Assembly: GCA_028534125.1 (NCBI GenBank)
Contig: CM052818.1
Location: 4,652,001 to 4,716,000 of the forward strand
Length of the DNA: 64,000 nucleotides
Source: Lama glama
Taxonomy: Eukaryota
Direction: 5' to 3'
The notes beneath the pieces were generated by a model. That model made no database searches and was not told where the DNA came from. It worked only from the letters and a program-made list of their open reading frames with translations. Numbering within the stretch: position 1 is the first letter of the stretch; each line of letters opens with the position of its first letter. Made by a program: the position numbers and the translations under genes. Positions 1 to 11,605 of this stretch are shown piece by piece.

Positions 1-397
1 GGAAAAAGAAGGAAAAGCTGTCATTTGTGACAACGTGGATGGACCTTGAGGGCACTTTTCTAAGTGAAATATGTTGGAGAAAGAGAATGAATACTGTTTG
101 CTCTCACACGTGGAATATAAAAACATTGAACTCATAGAAACAAAGTGGAATGCAAGTGGGGGAAGTGGAGAGATGTTTGTCGAAGGGTACAAACTTCCAC
201 TTATAAGGTGAATAAGTTTTGAGATTGAATGCACAACATGGTGACAATAGTTGACAAGACTATTATATACTTGAAGGTTGTTGAGAGAATAAATTTTCAA
301 TGTTCTCGCCACACACACACATGTAATTATGTGAGGTGATAGCTGGGTTAACTGACCTTATGATGGTAATCGCTTTTTAGTATATTCGTGTAGCAAA
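1..397 (+). mobile_element. L1 3' end (L1MA9-like): ORF2 C-terminal remnant and 3'UTR
   Basis: Contains 'tcatttgtgacaacgtggatggaccttgaggg...taagtgaaata', 'gaactcatagaaac', 'aagggtacaaactt', 'atggtgacaatagtt' and 'taattatgtgaggtgat', all typical of L1MA 3' ends. Runs off the window start. Confidence 0.85.
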
Positions 398-1106
398 GGT
401 GGAAATCCTTTTAAGGGGGTTGAGGCTTGTGTTTTCCAGTGATCTTGAAATGCCAACGTGTGGCTAGGTTTCTATGGTTGAAACGCAATGCGGGCACTTT
501 TCTTTTGCCAGAAACATTCTAGAGATGATCATTCACTCACTGGGGACCGGGAGAGAAAGTAAATAAGAAAGTCTCCTTGCAGATGAGCATGGCGCTTGTC
601 ATTTGGACTCTCTCCCTGCTGATATTCAGACAGCATTCACAGCCACGTGCTGTTACCTGGGTAACTATCCTTGAGCTGGCATTTTAGGACCCAGTAGGGT
701 CCAGAAGAACAATTCCATCCTTCCCTGGACCTTTGCCAGGTCTGTGAGAGGTGTCTTCCTCTTTTTTGATGCAAAAATAGAACTTACAGCCCCCTGGGAC
801 GATGAAGGCTAGTAAATCAGTGGTTATGCCCTGGGCTTTCCCGCTACAGCCAAGGGAGAGCTGAGGTGATTGTCTGAATAATCTGAGCAAAACAACCCAC
901 TGTCCTCAATGGATCGCAAAGTTTGGAGTTACCCCAAGAGAACAATGCACTGGATCTGCTCGGTCCTTTTTACGGTCTAGGAAAGGAAAACACGTTTTCT
1001 TTGGGGGATACTTCAGATGGACGAAACAAGCTTCTCCAATTGTCCTAGCCTACCTTCCTGGGAGTGGCTCACAGAAGGAGCCCCGTGAATGCAGTTACAA
1101 TGGCGG

Positions 1107-1316
1107 ATGTTTACTGGGCTAGTGTATTATGTTCCAGGCGCTGGGCTAAGCATTTCAAATAGATCTCATTTAGATGTCATCACAACAACCCCATTGCCAT
1201 CCCCACGCAGCAGACATTGGACAGGAGGCCAACAGAGCCTTCAGGGACTTGGATGGAGCGCACAGCTGGGAAGTCACAGGGCTGAGTCAGCCAGTCTGAC
1301 TCCAAATCCTATCTTG
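1107..1316 (-). mobile_element. MIR SINE (degenerate)
   Basis: 'tatgttccaggcgctgggctaagcattt...tctcattta...cacaacaaccc...cacagctgggaag...agtctgactccaaa' matches antisense MIR. Confidence 0.65.
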
Positions 1317-1440
1317 CCCACGTGAAACCTCTAGGGGGAATTATGCTACAAGGATACTGAAATGCAGAGACATCGTGATCGGATCAAGGGAACTTTGTCC
1401 CTTAGTGGAAGAGGTGGCGTATGCAAAACACCATTAACAA

Positions 1441-1590
1441 GGGGGTAGGTACAGCTCAGTGGTAGTGTGTATGCTTAGCATGCATGAGGTCCTGGGTTCA
1501 ATCCTCTGTACCTCCTCTAAAAATAAATAAAAAATAAGCCTAATTACTTCCCCCTCAAAAAAAAAAAAAGCCGTAAAAAAACCCCAAAAA
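1441..1590 (+). mobile_element. Camelid tRNA-Ala-derived SINE (vic-1-like), long form
   Basis: tRNA-Ala(AGC)-like head 'acagctcagtggtag...gcttagcatgcatgaggtcctgggttcaatcc' with A and B boxes, then an AT-rich segment, 'ctaattacttcccc' and an A-tail. Imperfect TSD ccattaacaa (1431-1440) / ccactaacaa (about 1596-1605). Confidence 0.9.
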
Positions 1591-1821
1591 ACAAACCACT
1601 AACAAATCAGAACATTTAAGGCAAGAAATGTGCCCCTCTTGGCCTCACATTCCTCAAGGGTAAATGAAGGGGTTGACCTGGGTAGTTTGCAAGCCCATCT
1701 CAGGTCTCACATATGACCTTTAGAGTGGTCTGTGTTTGTGATCTTCAGTATCGCTGCACCATTGGAGCTGAGTCGGAGCACTGTTTGAACTCGAGTGTTC
1801 TTGTAAAGAGAGGTGAATTAA

Positions 1822-2210
1822 GAGTCAGCATCGGCCAAGTTTTCTTTTGGTGACAAATAGCTTTCCAATCTCAGCGCCCTAAACAACACAGCGGTACATC
1901 TCATGTGCTTACATGTCCATTTCAGATGTCCTGGGACTCCGTTGTTCTCCAGAATCCAGAATTATGGGTCAGCTACCATCTCTAACGTGGTGGGTCACTC
2001 TGCCAGAGGGAAAGAGACCTCTGGAAGTTATGACACTGGAAATTGAATGCTCTGGCATGGAGAATGACATGTGCCACAGTCTCTCCTAACTCCTTAACCA
2101 GAACTAGTCCCATGGGTCCATCCAGCCATAGGGGGCTAGAAGGTACAATCTTACCACGTGCCCAAGGGCAGACAACTGGGAATATTTGGAGAACAGCATT
2201 AATGACCACC
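1822..2210 (-). mobile_element. MaLR solo LTR (MLT1K/L-like)
   Basis: 'gtcactctgccagagggaaagaga', 'ccagaactagtcccatgg' and 'gaatatttggagaacagcattaatgaccac' match the old MLT1 LTR consensus. Confidence 0.8.
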
Positions 2211-2932
2211 TAAAATATGAATGCCGCAGTGTCCCTCTAGAATCCTGCATGACCGGGGAAGGTAGCAAAGTCAGGCAGGCAGGGCTGTTAATATTGCATC
2301 ATGGTCAGAGGAACAGGTTGGACATGAGAGCACTTCCTTTTCAATGAGATGATGGAGACTGGATTGGGGGTGGACATGGGGGTAAAGAGAGGTCACTCAA
2401 AGCCAGGTTTTCTCTAGGGTCACCTTGATCACATTCCTTCCTTTACTGTTTCTCGTAACCCACTAATTAAGATAACTGAAAATGTTGCCATGAACTAAAG
2501 TCAACATCAATTAAAAATCCCATCTATAATTCACGTGAAAACACACGGTCTTCAAACATGTGTGATTTTCATCAGACCTCCTCATCTGTTTGTCATTTAA
2601 GCTTCAGGCCATTTTCCATATTTCTATCAAGTACTGCCTGCTGTAGTTGACAGCCTGGCAAATAACTGTGCAAAAGAAACTTTCTGAAATTATAAATAAT
2701 CAAATGCCCGTGGAGGGGGGGGTTGACCTCAGATACAATAATACACAGAGTAATGATCAGAGCTCAGGGGGAAAACGGAGCTAAATGATTGCCTTCTTAG
2801 GAAGGAGAAGGTTGCAGCTTTGCTGACAATAGTGTGAGTGTCATTTTCCTGACCCGCCTCATCCTCTGGTGGGAGGAGGACAGAGTGGGAGCTATGAGGA
2901 GAGCTGGAAAAGTAGCTGAAACAAGGTAGGGA

Positions 2933-3137
2933 CAGTGGGGTGCCAGGGGGTGCTTAGCATTTGGCTCTTCAGTGATAAAAATCCCCGATTCATAGTGTTT
3001 GCCAATTTCCATGGTGTAAATACCCTTACTGTGGTTGGATCTCAAGGTCCCAATGTGATGTCATCGGACATGGATTTGGGAAGAAACGTATCATTGGCTC
3101 TTGCCAGTCAGTGCCACCCAGGTCCTCCACATCACTG
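2933..3137 (-). mobile_element. MER63-like hAT (Blackjack) MITE
   Basis: CAGTG...CACTG termini; internal 'gtgtttgccaatttccatggtgtaaatac' and 'ttgggaaga'. Possible degenerate 8-bp TSD ggtaggga/agtgggga. Confidence 0.8.
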
Positions 3138-3291
3138 AGTGGGGAATGGAATGGTTGCCTGTTTCCTGTCTTCTCCCCACCTCTAGTCCCCAAATGTGAT
3201 GCTAGGAGCTTAGGTGGCATTGATGGTTCAGAGGAAGACAATGGCAAGAGGGAGGCAGTCTAGCACGGAGAAATATTGGTGGCTCCCATAT

Positions 3292-4119
3292 TGTATTTGT
3301 TTCATAGGTCTGTGGCAACAAATAACCACAAACTGGGTGGCTTCGAACAATAGAACCATATTTGTTCACAGTTCTGGAGGCCAGAAATCAAGTTGACAAG
3401 GTTGGGTCGGGGACAAAAACTTCTCCCTTCTTCTCTTCTAGGTTCTTTGGCTGGCCTAATGAAGAAGTTGGCGTAAGACAGATTAACAGGAGAAAAGCAA
3501 ATTTAATTTTGGAGGGCCAGGAATCCCAAATATATGAGACTCTCAGACAGTCAGGTAATTGAGTCTTATCTGCCATCCTGAGCTAAGGAGAAAGGGGAGG
3601 GAGTCTGGGACTTCAAAGGGAATGGAAAAAAAAAAAGTCACAGGAAGATGGGAAGAACACTGTTTGTCATGCCATGCAGGTATGTCTTTCTGATGTAAAA
3701 AGTTATCTCTGATAGTAGCTCCCTTCCTGCTACAGCTCCCCTATCTAAATTCTTTTAGGCAGTTAAAGGAGAGGTTAAAAAACTATTTTCTAGTCTGTTG
3801 GACCCTGTTGTCTTCAGCTCAAAATAATTCCCATTCCCAAGTGGCACATTCTGGGCAGCTTGCCCTGAACCCCATCAGTTGGTTCCTGCTGGAGTCTCTA
3901 AGGGAGCAACCACCTCATCTTTCTCCTAGCTTCTGGTGATTTCCAGCAATTCTTGTCATTTCTTGGCTTGCGGACATATTCCAGTCTCTCCCTCCATCTT
4001 CACATGGCCTTCTCTGTGTGTATCTCTGTGTCCTGCAAAGACCCTGTTTCCAAATAAGGTCACATCCTGAGATTCTGGGTGGACAGGAATTTCTGGGAGG
4101 TACTATTCAACTCACTACA
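3292..4119 (-). mobile_element. MaLR solo LTR (MLT1B/C/D-like), split by a nested ERV1 LTR at 3405-3877
   Basis: Left part: 'aacaaataaccacaaactgggtggctt...cacagttctggaggccagaaatc'. Right part: 'cctagcttctggtg...tgcaaagaccctgtttccaaataaggtcaca...tattcaactcactaca'. Confidence 0.85.
3405..3877 (-). mobile_element. ERV1 solo LTR (MER34-like)
   Basis: The minus strand begins TGATGGGGTTCAGGGCAAGCTGCCCAGAATGTGCCACTTGG...ATTATTTTGAGCTGAAG, a MER34-type 5' end. Flanked by 4-bp TSD GTTG (3401-3404 / 3878-3881). Confidence 0.8.
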
Positions 4120-6388
4120 CACACACATATATATATACACACACAGGGCAGAAAGGATTAGAGAGAGGGTAGGCAGGACTAGAGCTGGCCACCTGGCCCT
4201 AACACTTCCCCCTGACTTCTCAGAGCACCTTTCAGGCTGTGATCTGCTTCCTGATTGATGATCGCAGGTCAGGAGGGGAAGTGGTCTGTGATGGCTGGGT
4301 TGCCTTTCCACTTAGTCATGCTCCTCACCTCCAAACCCAGGTGGGTGAGGAGGGGAGTGACCTTGGCCTAGGGTCCTTTCAAAGCTGTGTTTGGGCAGTT
4401 GTCTCTTTATATCATCTTCCATTTTCTTTGAAGATAAATTTTGGCAAAAATAGCTCAAGCCTTGAGAGGGTTCCGTTCTTTAATTAGTATCATACACCGT
4501 ACCTAGCAGAAGAGATACTGAATGAAGGAACACAGACAAGGGCTGCTTAAAATGGGCCTTCTCTGGGAGAAAACAGATGAGCTCTCAAGTTCAAAAACAT
4601 CTTTTCAATCTAAAAGACATATTCCAGCCCATTAGGTCAATGGAAGACGGAGGATCGAGTGTCAAAGGCCCTGGGGACATTAAGGGGGGCTTTCCTTGGC
4701 CCCGTAATAGGAGATGCCGCCAGCAGACCAGCAAGGCTCCTCCCCACAGCCCTGATGAGAAAACCAGCTTGGCTGGGCCTCAGGGGGCAGGGAGAGGTCA
4801 CTGAGACTCTCCGGGTGGCAACTTAAGACCACATCTTGTGGGTCCCTTCAGTTTCATCCATGACACTCCTCTCTCATCCCAGAATGTGGAGGAAGGGAGT
4901 AGACAGATTCAATTTCCAGGAAGGAATCTGGCTTCTGAGTTGATGTGCTTCAGCTAAGCTCATACCTCAGGAGGAGCCACCATTTGGGGCATCTGATACA
5001 CCAATGAGATGTTCTCATCTCAGGGCCCAGATTCCTCATTTCCACAAACCGTGTTTGAGATCATTGAATTTATGGGCCGTGGCTTAAGACGTCGTAACAA
5101 ACACCTTTCTTTCAGACACTCTGCCCTCTGTTCCAGCCCCTTCTACTCCCCCAAGGTTGCTTTTTCTCCTGGGCTTCAGGTATGCAGTCGCTGCGCTGGC
5201 CGAGCCCCGTGATCACATGAAACAATGACCACATAAAACACACCTCAATTTCGCGATAAGCACTGATGCATGCCCTGCGGCTGAGATTCAAATCTGTCCC
5301 ATAAATCTCTCCACAATGCTGTATATTCCACACATAATGATGAGAAGTGAGCTAGTAAATAAATAGCCGAGGGGAGAAAAATTCTTCACAAAATACCCTA
5401 TGACTAAGAGGCTTGATCTCAAATTGCTAGAAACTATAGAAGGGGGTAAAATTTGCCAGTGGTGTCAATTCCTCCCCGCACTATGACATTGCATACGGGG
5501 TTCATTTTCATTCATTATATATATATATTTTTTGAGAGCCTACTGTATGCTGTGTGTTGGGGATATAGTTAGATTTAACTGGGAGTTTAAAGGTACAATT
5601 GACAAGGTAACAGAATTTGAAAACATATCAATTTGAGATCTAGTTATGAAAAGAGTCTATCTGCGTGTGTGTGCATGTGTTTTGGAGTTTAATGGTAACG
5701 TTGCCTGGAGGCATTTGACATGCTTTTTCACATATAGTGGAATATTATAAGCCCTCAAGGTTCAAAATAAATAATAATGGAAGGAACCAACCATTTCCGT
5801 GATCTTTATGCCTCTCCCGGGATGGATTTTCTGGAAAAGGATTTAAGGGTTCGCTCCTGCTCCTTGGTCAGTTAGTAAACCAGGACAATCTGCTGGTTTG
5901 GTGCCAACATTTTCTCTTAACCAAGGAGTGTTTGTGTGTGTGTATCTTTCTCTTATGTGTGCGTAACTGGGCGTGTCTGGGTAAGCGTGAAGGTAGCTGG
6001 CTAGGAGCCACAGAATCCACAGAGGAAAACTAGATGTAATGAGAGCACATTCTGAGATGGCAAATCAGCTCTTTTTGTCCTCAGTGACTCCTAGTTGCAG
6101 GTGAACGTGCATTCGTCAGGGTTAGATCATTGAGGTGCTCCCGTGTGTAACGAAGGTGCCCTCCTGCCACGACTGCTGGGCCCTGAGGTTGCAGCCCTAA
6201 ATGAGGGGGAGTAGGAGGCTGGAGTAGAAGGGAAAATCTGCCCTGTGCACTGAGCTAAGGTGGGAAGGAATGGGGTTGAGTAGAGGAGGAAAGCAGACTT
6301 AAGGGTCTTTGTTTCTCTTGCCCCCTTGGGTCTCCATCCCCTTCTTCATCATTGAGAAGGAGGACACTGAATTAGTGGGCTTGTGGTC

Positions 6389-6454
6389 TGTGTGTGTGTG
6401 TGTGTGTGTGTGTTTGTGAGAGAGAGAGAGAGAGACAGAAAGAGACAGAGAGAG
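6389..6454. repeat. Compound (TG)n(AG)n microsatellite
   Basis: Direct reading of the sequence. Confidence 0.95.
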
Positions 6455-6940
6455 ATTCTAGTCTCTAGGAGACCTCCATCATGACTTGGGAGGTCTGGTG
6501 AGGATAGATTGAAAAGAGGCCATGATCCTGGGTACCACAGTCTGACTGGGGCTTCCAAGGACCCCAAAAGGACCCACCTGCCTGGTCAGGGCACGGAGGA
6601 GGGCTGAGAGGGTCTGTTGGTGTGCTGGAGGCCAATGGGCAGAGTGAAGAGGCTGCAGCAGGCAGGGACCACACACTCTAGTGGTGAGTACCTTCAAGTT
6701 GGCCTCCCCTCCCCCCTCCTCCCAAAAGAAGCACATCATTGTCTTTGTCACTTCTACTGTCACTACTCTAGGGAGCAGGAGCAGATCTACTGTGGGTGAT
6801 AGGCAGCTGGGAACAGGGGTTATCCAGAGAAACGTCTCCCTTGCTGGCAAGAGGATACTACGATCCTTTCCTGTATCAAGAAGACATCTTAGGGACAAGA
6901 AGGAGAGATGACATTGAAAGACCAAAATTCATCTAAATAC

Positions 6941-7044
6941 ACTTTTTTTTTTTCCAAAATGAAGGCACTGGGGATTGAACCCAGGACCTTGTGTGTGCTA
7001 AGCATGAGCTCTACCACCGAGCTGTACCCTCTACCTTCCCCCCG
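6941..7044 (-). mobile_element. Camelid tRNA-Ala-derived SINE (vic-1-like), short form
   Basis: Poly-T, then 'actggggattgaacccaggaccttgtgtgtgctaagcatgagctctaccaccgagctgtaccc'. Perfect 12-bp TSD tcatctaaatac (6929-6940 / 7045-7056). Confidence 0.92.
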
Positions 7045-7160
7045 TCATCTAAATACTGACCCACCCAAAGAAGAACCACTGAATGAGCCCCGATAGGCAA
7101 TCCGATTTTGAAAAGATTGAGTGTCTAAGGGGACATTTTCTAAGGGACAGAACTGAAATA

Positions 7161-7532
7161 CAGTTGACTCAGAACAATGCAGAAGTTAGGGCTGCCAATC
7201 CTCCCTCCACAGCTGAAAATTCAAGTCTAACTTCTGACTCTTCCCCAAACTTAACTACTCATAGCCTACTGTTGACCAGAGCATTATCATAGCATAAACA
7301 GTTGATTAACGTGTATGTTTTAATCTTATATGTTTAGCTTCATGTACTTATGCATTCATGACACACCTAAGCTTTTCTTAATTTTTTTGATATTTTCAGG
7401 TTACACAGTTTATTGGTGAGTCTTTTCAAATTGCCGCAAATCTCCCCCCACATTTTTCAATACATTTACTGAAAAAAATCCACATATAAGTGAATCTACA
7501 CAGTTCAAACCTATGTTGTTCAAGGCCAACCA
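7161..7532 (-). mobile_element. Tigger2-family (Tigger2a/MER28-like) Tc1/mariner non-autonomous element
   Basis: Termini 'TA|cagttgactcagaacaa' and 'acagttcaaacctatgttgttcaaggccaacca|TA'; internal 'aacttaactactcatagcctactgttgacc'. Confidence 0.85.
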
Positions 7533-9654
7533 TACTATTATTTCTCAAGCCTGAGTTTCCCAGCTACCCAGCTAGGCAGGGGCCAGGGACAAGACCGGAT
7601 CCTTCTTGTGGAAATAAAGAAACTTCATTTCCCTGTAAAACCACCTGTGGTGTAACAAGCAACCCGGACACACGTGGATAAAGATAAAGTGAAATTTCAC
7701 ACACTTTCATCTTAAATAAACAAACTTAAAATGGTCACGAAGCCTTTTGAAACTTTTCAGTTGTCTTTTATAAAAATACCCCAGGAATGAGAATCCTGGC
7801 TGAACCATCCAGCTGGTATCCAGCAAGAGGAGAACAGGGGACCCAGAGCACAGCATCCCGGCAGAACCCAGGGGGCCCTGCAGATCTGGAATCGTCAGCA
7901 GTCCTTGGGGACACTGGTCCAAATATTGATGAAGAAAAGGGCCTGCAAAATTTAGTCTTCAGGGAACATTTCCCAGTGGAAGGGTTCAAAGTCCGTGGAA
8001 TTCAAAGCCCCTCCAGACAGTGACATTCCTCTCTCTGGGGATGCCTTCTGAGTAAGGGAGATAGGTAGCTGTGTGACCAAGATGATTTCAGTGCAGATTG
8101 TTCTGGACACTGGGGAATGACCTTCCAGGGGTCTGGTACCTAATCTGTGATTCTGTAAGTAATGAGTTGACAGAAAATTGCATTTTGTATTTGGCTGGCC
8201 ATCTGCTGTTCCCCCAATGCTGGCTGATAAAGGCATGGCTATGTGGGGAGAAGGTGAGCTGTAATTAATTATCTGTGGCATTGATGAATTTCTTGTAAGA
8301 TATTCCCCTACTAATCCAGCAATACAGCTGCGTCCATCCCCCACTCCCAGTGTTAACGGTCTATTTATGGACTCAGCTCCATAATTAAATGTTTCATTTG
8401 CAAGAAAATGGTTCCTAGGAAAATCCAAGCTCTCTTTATGTGCCTGCAATCGGCTACTGCAGACGTTACATAAGAGATTAGTCCACGTTGGTCTGCTGCT
8501 CTTAGCTTGCTGGATAATCTAATGTATGATGTTTCCGGTGTATGTAAATTACTAAATGTAATATTCTTCAATATGCCTGCCGAATGAAGCCAAACGTATT
8601 GTGGGCATAATTTTAATTATTTATACGCTATAAAAATGGAAGAAATTGGAATTACAGAAATAGGGTTCTTAAAAACCCCTCTGGTTTTCTTTTGGGCAAC
8701 AGTTTAATCAGATTAAAGCCATAATTGTTTTTCAACTCTTGCCTCACACTTGTTTTGGTCCTCTCTTTTGTCAGCATGTGGCCATGTCCCACGAAGGCAT
8801 TTAATGTCAACCTGGAGTGTTTGCCTTATTAGAAAACAGCACATACTAGATGGCTGGGTTCAAGGCAGGGACACCGTTGTGAGAGCTCAAGGCTGTCTTC
8901 TGAGCTTTGCTTTTTGATCTTGAATTTGGTCCCTGGCAACTCCTGACCCGTCTTCTTATGAATCAAGGAAGTAGCAGCCTAAGAGGTAAGGCTGTAAAGC
9001 CGGACGGGGAAGGAGCAGAGGTGAGAGGGACATGTGTATTTCTGAGCATGGCAACATGAAAAGAGAATAAAAACAGTTGGCTCTGATTAACTAGCCAGGG
9101 ATGTGGAGCCAGTTTTAATTCAAGGTGGCTGATAAGGACTGGATGGATATGGGTATCTGTTCCAGCCCCAAAGACAGTAATCTGAAATGAGTTAGTCTGA
9201 TGATTCTCATCATCTTGTGATGTCGTGGTGGTGCATGGAGTCTGGAATTGAAGCCCCTGGTCTTGGTCTCTTATTTTAGGTGAAGCATCTTGGACAGGAC
9301 ACTTCTTAACACCTTGGTTTCCAGTATAGGACAGTAGGGAGCGTACTAAAGCTGTTGATTGACAGGTCAGGAAGATCAAATGGAATGACCCATGGGGATG
9401 GGATTTATAAACACTAACGGGTGTGCAAGCGGACATTTTTGTTATCCTTACATCCTTCTCTGGTCCCAGAACCTGCAATGCCTGGCAAGTCATGTTTTGA
9501 TTTTTTTTTTTTGTGACTTACATGGAGTAAAAAAAAATTGTGAATTATTCTAGTTGCCCTAGAAAGGTAGAAAATTCCTCAGAGAGGAAAAACTGCCCTT
9601 TTCTTTGGAAATACATAATTGGGATATTTTGTCTAGACCTTCTGGGCCAGACTA

Positions 9655-9935
9655 GCTCAAAGCTTCTCAAATGTTCCATGGGGAAGGACCAGCTTTTAAA
9701 ATTCCAATCCAAGGTGGACCAGTACTTTTGTAAAAACACAATAAAATGTAGTGTTAAAAACATGAAATAAAAAGGACATACAAAGCACAAGTCCTATTTT
9801 TCTTTTATTAGTAGATGCAGTAGAGATAAAAGTACTCTGTCGAGTTGCTGTAAAACCTGAATATCTATGCTTATCCTGCTGTGGACCGGGAAACGAAGTT
9901 CACGGACTGACACTCCTGAGCGGAATTCACTGGGG
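9655..9935. mobile_element. Probable hAT-Charlie-type DNA transposon remnant
   Basis: Begins 'gcttctcaaa...gaaggaccag', has an AT-rich core, and ends near 'gtggaccgg...cacggactg'. Family uncertain. Confidence 0.45.
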
Positions 9936-10709
9936 GATGCTCAAGTAGGTGGAAGAGATTTCTAACAGAAAGAGAATGAATCTGCTTTCCATCGAACAAT
10001 AACGGGTCTTTTGTTTTTGGCAGATGAGCTGGTAAGTGGGTGCAAAGCTCAGAAAAGAAAAGATAAGGGGGAAGGAAGGGTCTGTTTTGATTCAAAGAAG
10101 AGGAAGGGGCCCTCTGCGAAAAGGAGAGCTGGCCAAAGGGCGAAGAGAAGATTAGTAGTTAAGAAAGTCCATGTGCTGGAGACAATGCAGTGATGACAGT
10201 TTTAGCTTCTTTCCTCTGTTGGGCAGTGCTAATTCCCAAACCTTCAGTAGACTGTTTACATGCAATAGCTGCATGTTGGTGGTGCTGGGAGCCCAGGGCG
10301 GGGTCTACAGCCACACTTGGGGGACAGTGGAGACAGCCACGGAGCCATGATGGTGAGTGGGGTTCAGAGTCTAGCCCAGCAGGGGAATTTGGAGCCAGAG
10401 CTGGCCGGAAAAGGATCAGCCTTCTCTTGAGTGTCTGAGGTTACGTCAAGGTGGGCTCTGGAGTTTCGGTATGATTTGGGATGGGAGCCTTTGTGCTTTT
10501 TGGTGTTAAGAGGAAAAGGGACCCCAGAAGTCTAAAGGATAAGGGACCCTCAGGTTCTACTCCCGTCTCAGATGGAGAAGATTTCTGCCCACATTTGGCC
10601 ACCAGAGTTTCTTGCTTATTACATGTGAGGTCCTTCCCCCTTATGGAAGGCTGCGTCTTTCCTCCAACCGGGTCTGAGTCGCTCGGGTGAAGCAGAAACA
10701 GAGCTTGGA

Positions 10710-10990
10710 CAGAGGCAGGCTCACAGACATAGAAGACAAACTTACGGTTTCTGGGGGGAAAGGGGGGTAGATTGGGGGTCCGGGGTTTGCAGATACTAAC
10801 TACTACATATAAAATAGATATACAAGGTCCTACTGTATAGCCAAGAGAACTATATTCAATACTTTGTCATAGTCTATAATGAAAAAGAATGTGAAAAGGA
10901 ATATATGTATGTATCACTGAATCACTGTGCCGTACACCAGAAACGAACACAACGTTGAAACCGACTATACTTCAATAAAAAAAATTAATG
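10710..10990 (+). mobile_element. 5'-truncated L1 3'UTR (cetartiodactyl/camelid type)
   Basis: 'ctcacagacatagaagacaaactta...cagatactaactactacatataaaatagat...gtacaccagaaac...ctatacttcaataaaaaaaa'. Homologous to 37411-37659 and 62680-62967. Degenerate TSD agaaacagagcttgga / agaaataggacttaga. Confidence 0.9.
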
Positions 10991-11159
10991 AAAGGAAGAA
11001 ATAGGACTTAGAAATGTGTTCTGCCTTGTTTCTTAGCACCTGTTTTTGTTTTCCGGGAATTATCACTACACTTCTTGAGAATGTGCTGTGCCAGCCACTT
11101 TGAATAAATCATCTCAGAGCCTCGTGGTGGTTCTGCACTTGTGTAGGTTTTTAATATCT

Positions 11160-11340
11160 CAGATCTGCCATGATTAGTGGTTATAACCTTGACTAAAAAG
11201 TTACTTCACCTTTCTGAGTCTCAGTTTTCTCATCTATATATTGGAGATATCCAAATTGATACCATCTCATAGTGTTACTGTCAGCATTAAACAAGGTAGC
11301 GTCTTTAAGGCATTTAGCATCCTACCTGATGAATACTAAA
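11160..11340 (+). mobile_element. MIR SINE
   Basis: MIR core 'gttacttcacctttctgagtctcagttttctcatct'. Confidence 0.8.
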
Positions 11341-11384
11341 AAAATAGTAATAATAATGATAATGATAATATTAACAACAATATT

Positions 11385-11605
11385 AACATTAAAGAGTGCT
11401 TGCTATGTGCCAAGCTCTGATTGAAGTACTTTACTTGTATCCTCTCATTTTATACTTACAATCACCCTATGAGGTTTCATTCCCATTTTACAGGTAAGGA
11501 CTCTGAGACTCAGAGAGCTTAAGGTACTTGCTCATGTCACATGGTCAATAAATGATGGAGTCAGCTTCTAACCCAGTTTGACTCCAGAGCACGCACTCAC
11601 TTATC
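11385..11605 (-). mobile_element. MIR SINE
   Basis: 'tgctatgtgccaag...caccctatgagg...cccattttacaggtaaggactctgagactcagagag...gtcacatgg...tgactccagagc'. Confidence 0.85.

Noticed and set aside
1441..1516. tRNA-Ala(AGC) gene (likewise at 6961-7030, 43935-44005 and 50066-50135)
   Set aside because: These are SINE heads. They have A-rich tails, TSDs (clear for three copies) and substitutions disrupting the acceptor stem and arms.
7952..9493. 165-aa and 176-aa minus-strand ORFs
   Set aside because: No recognisable homology or exon structure; ORFs of this length are expected by chance. The first overlaps a motif-rich block better explained as regulatory.
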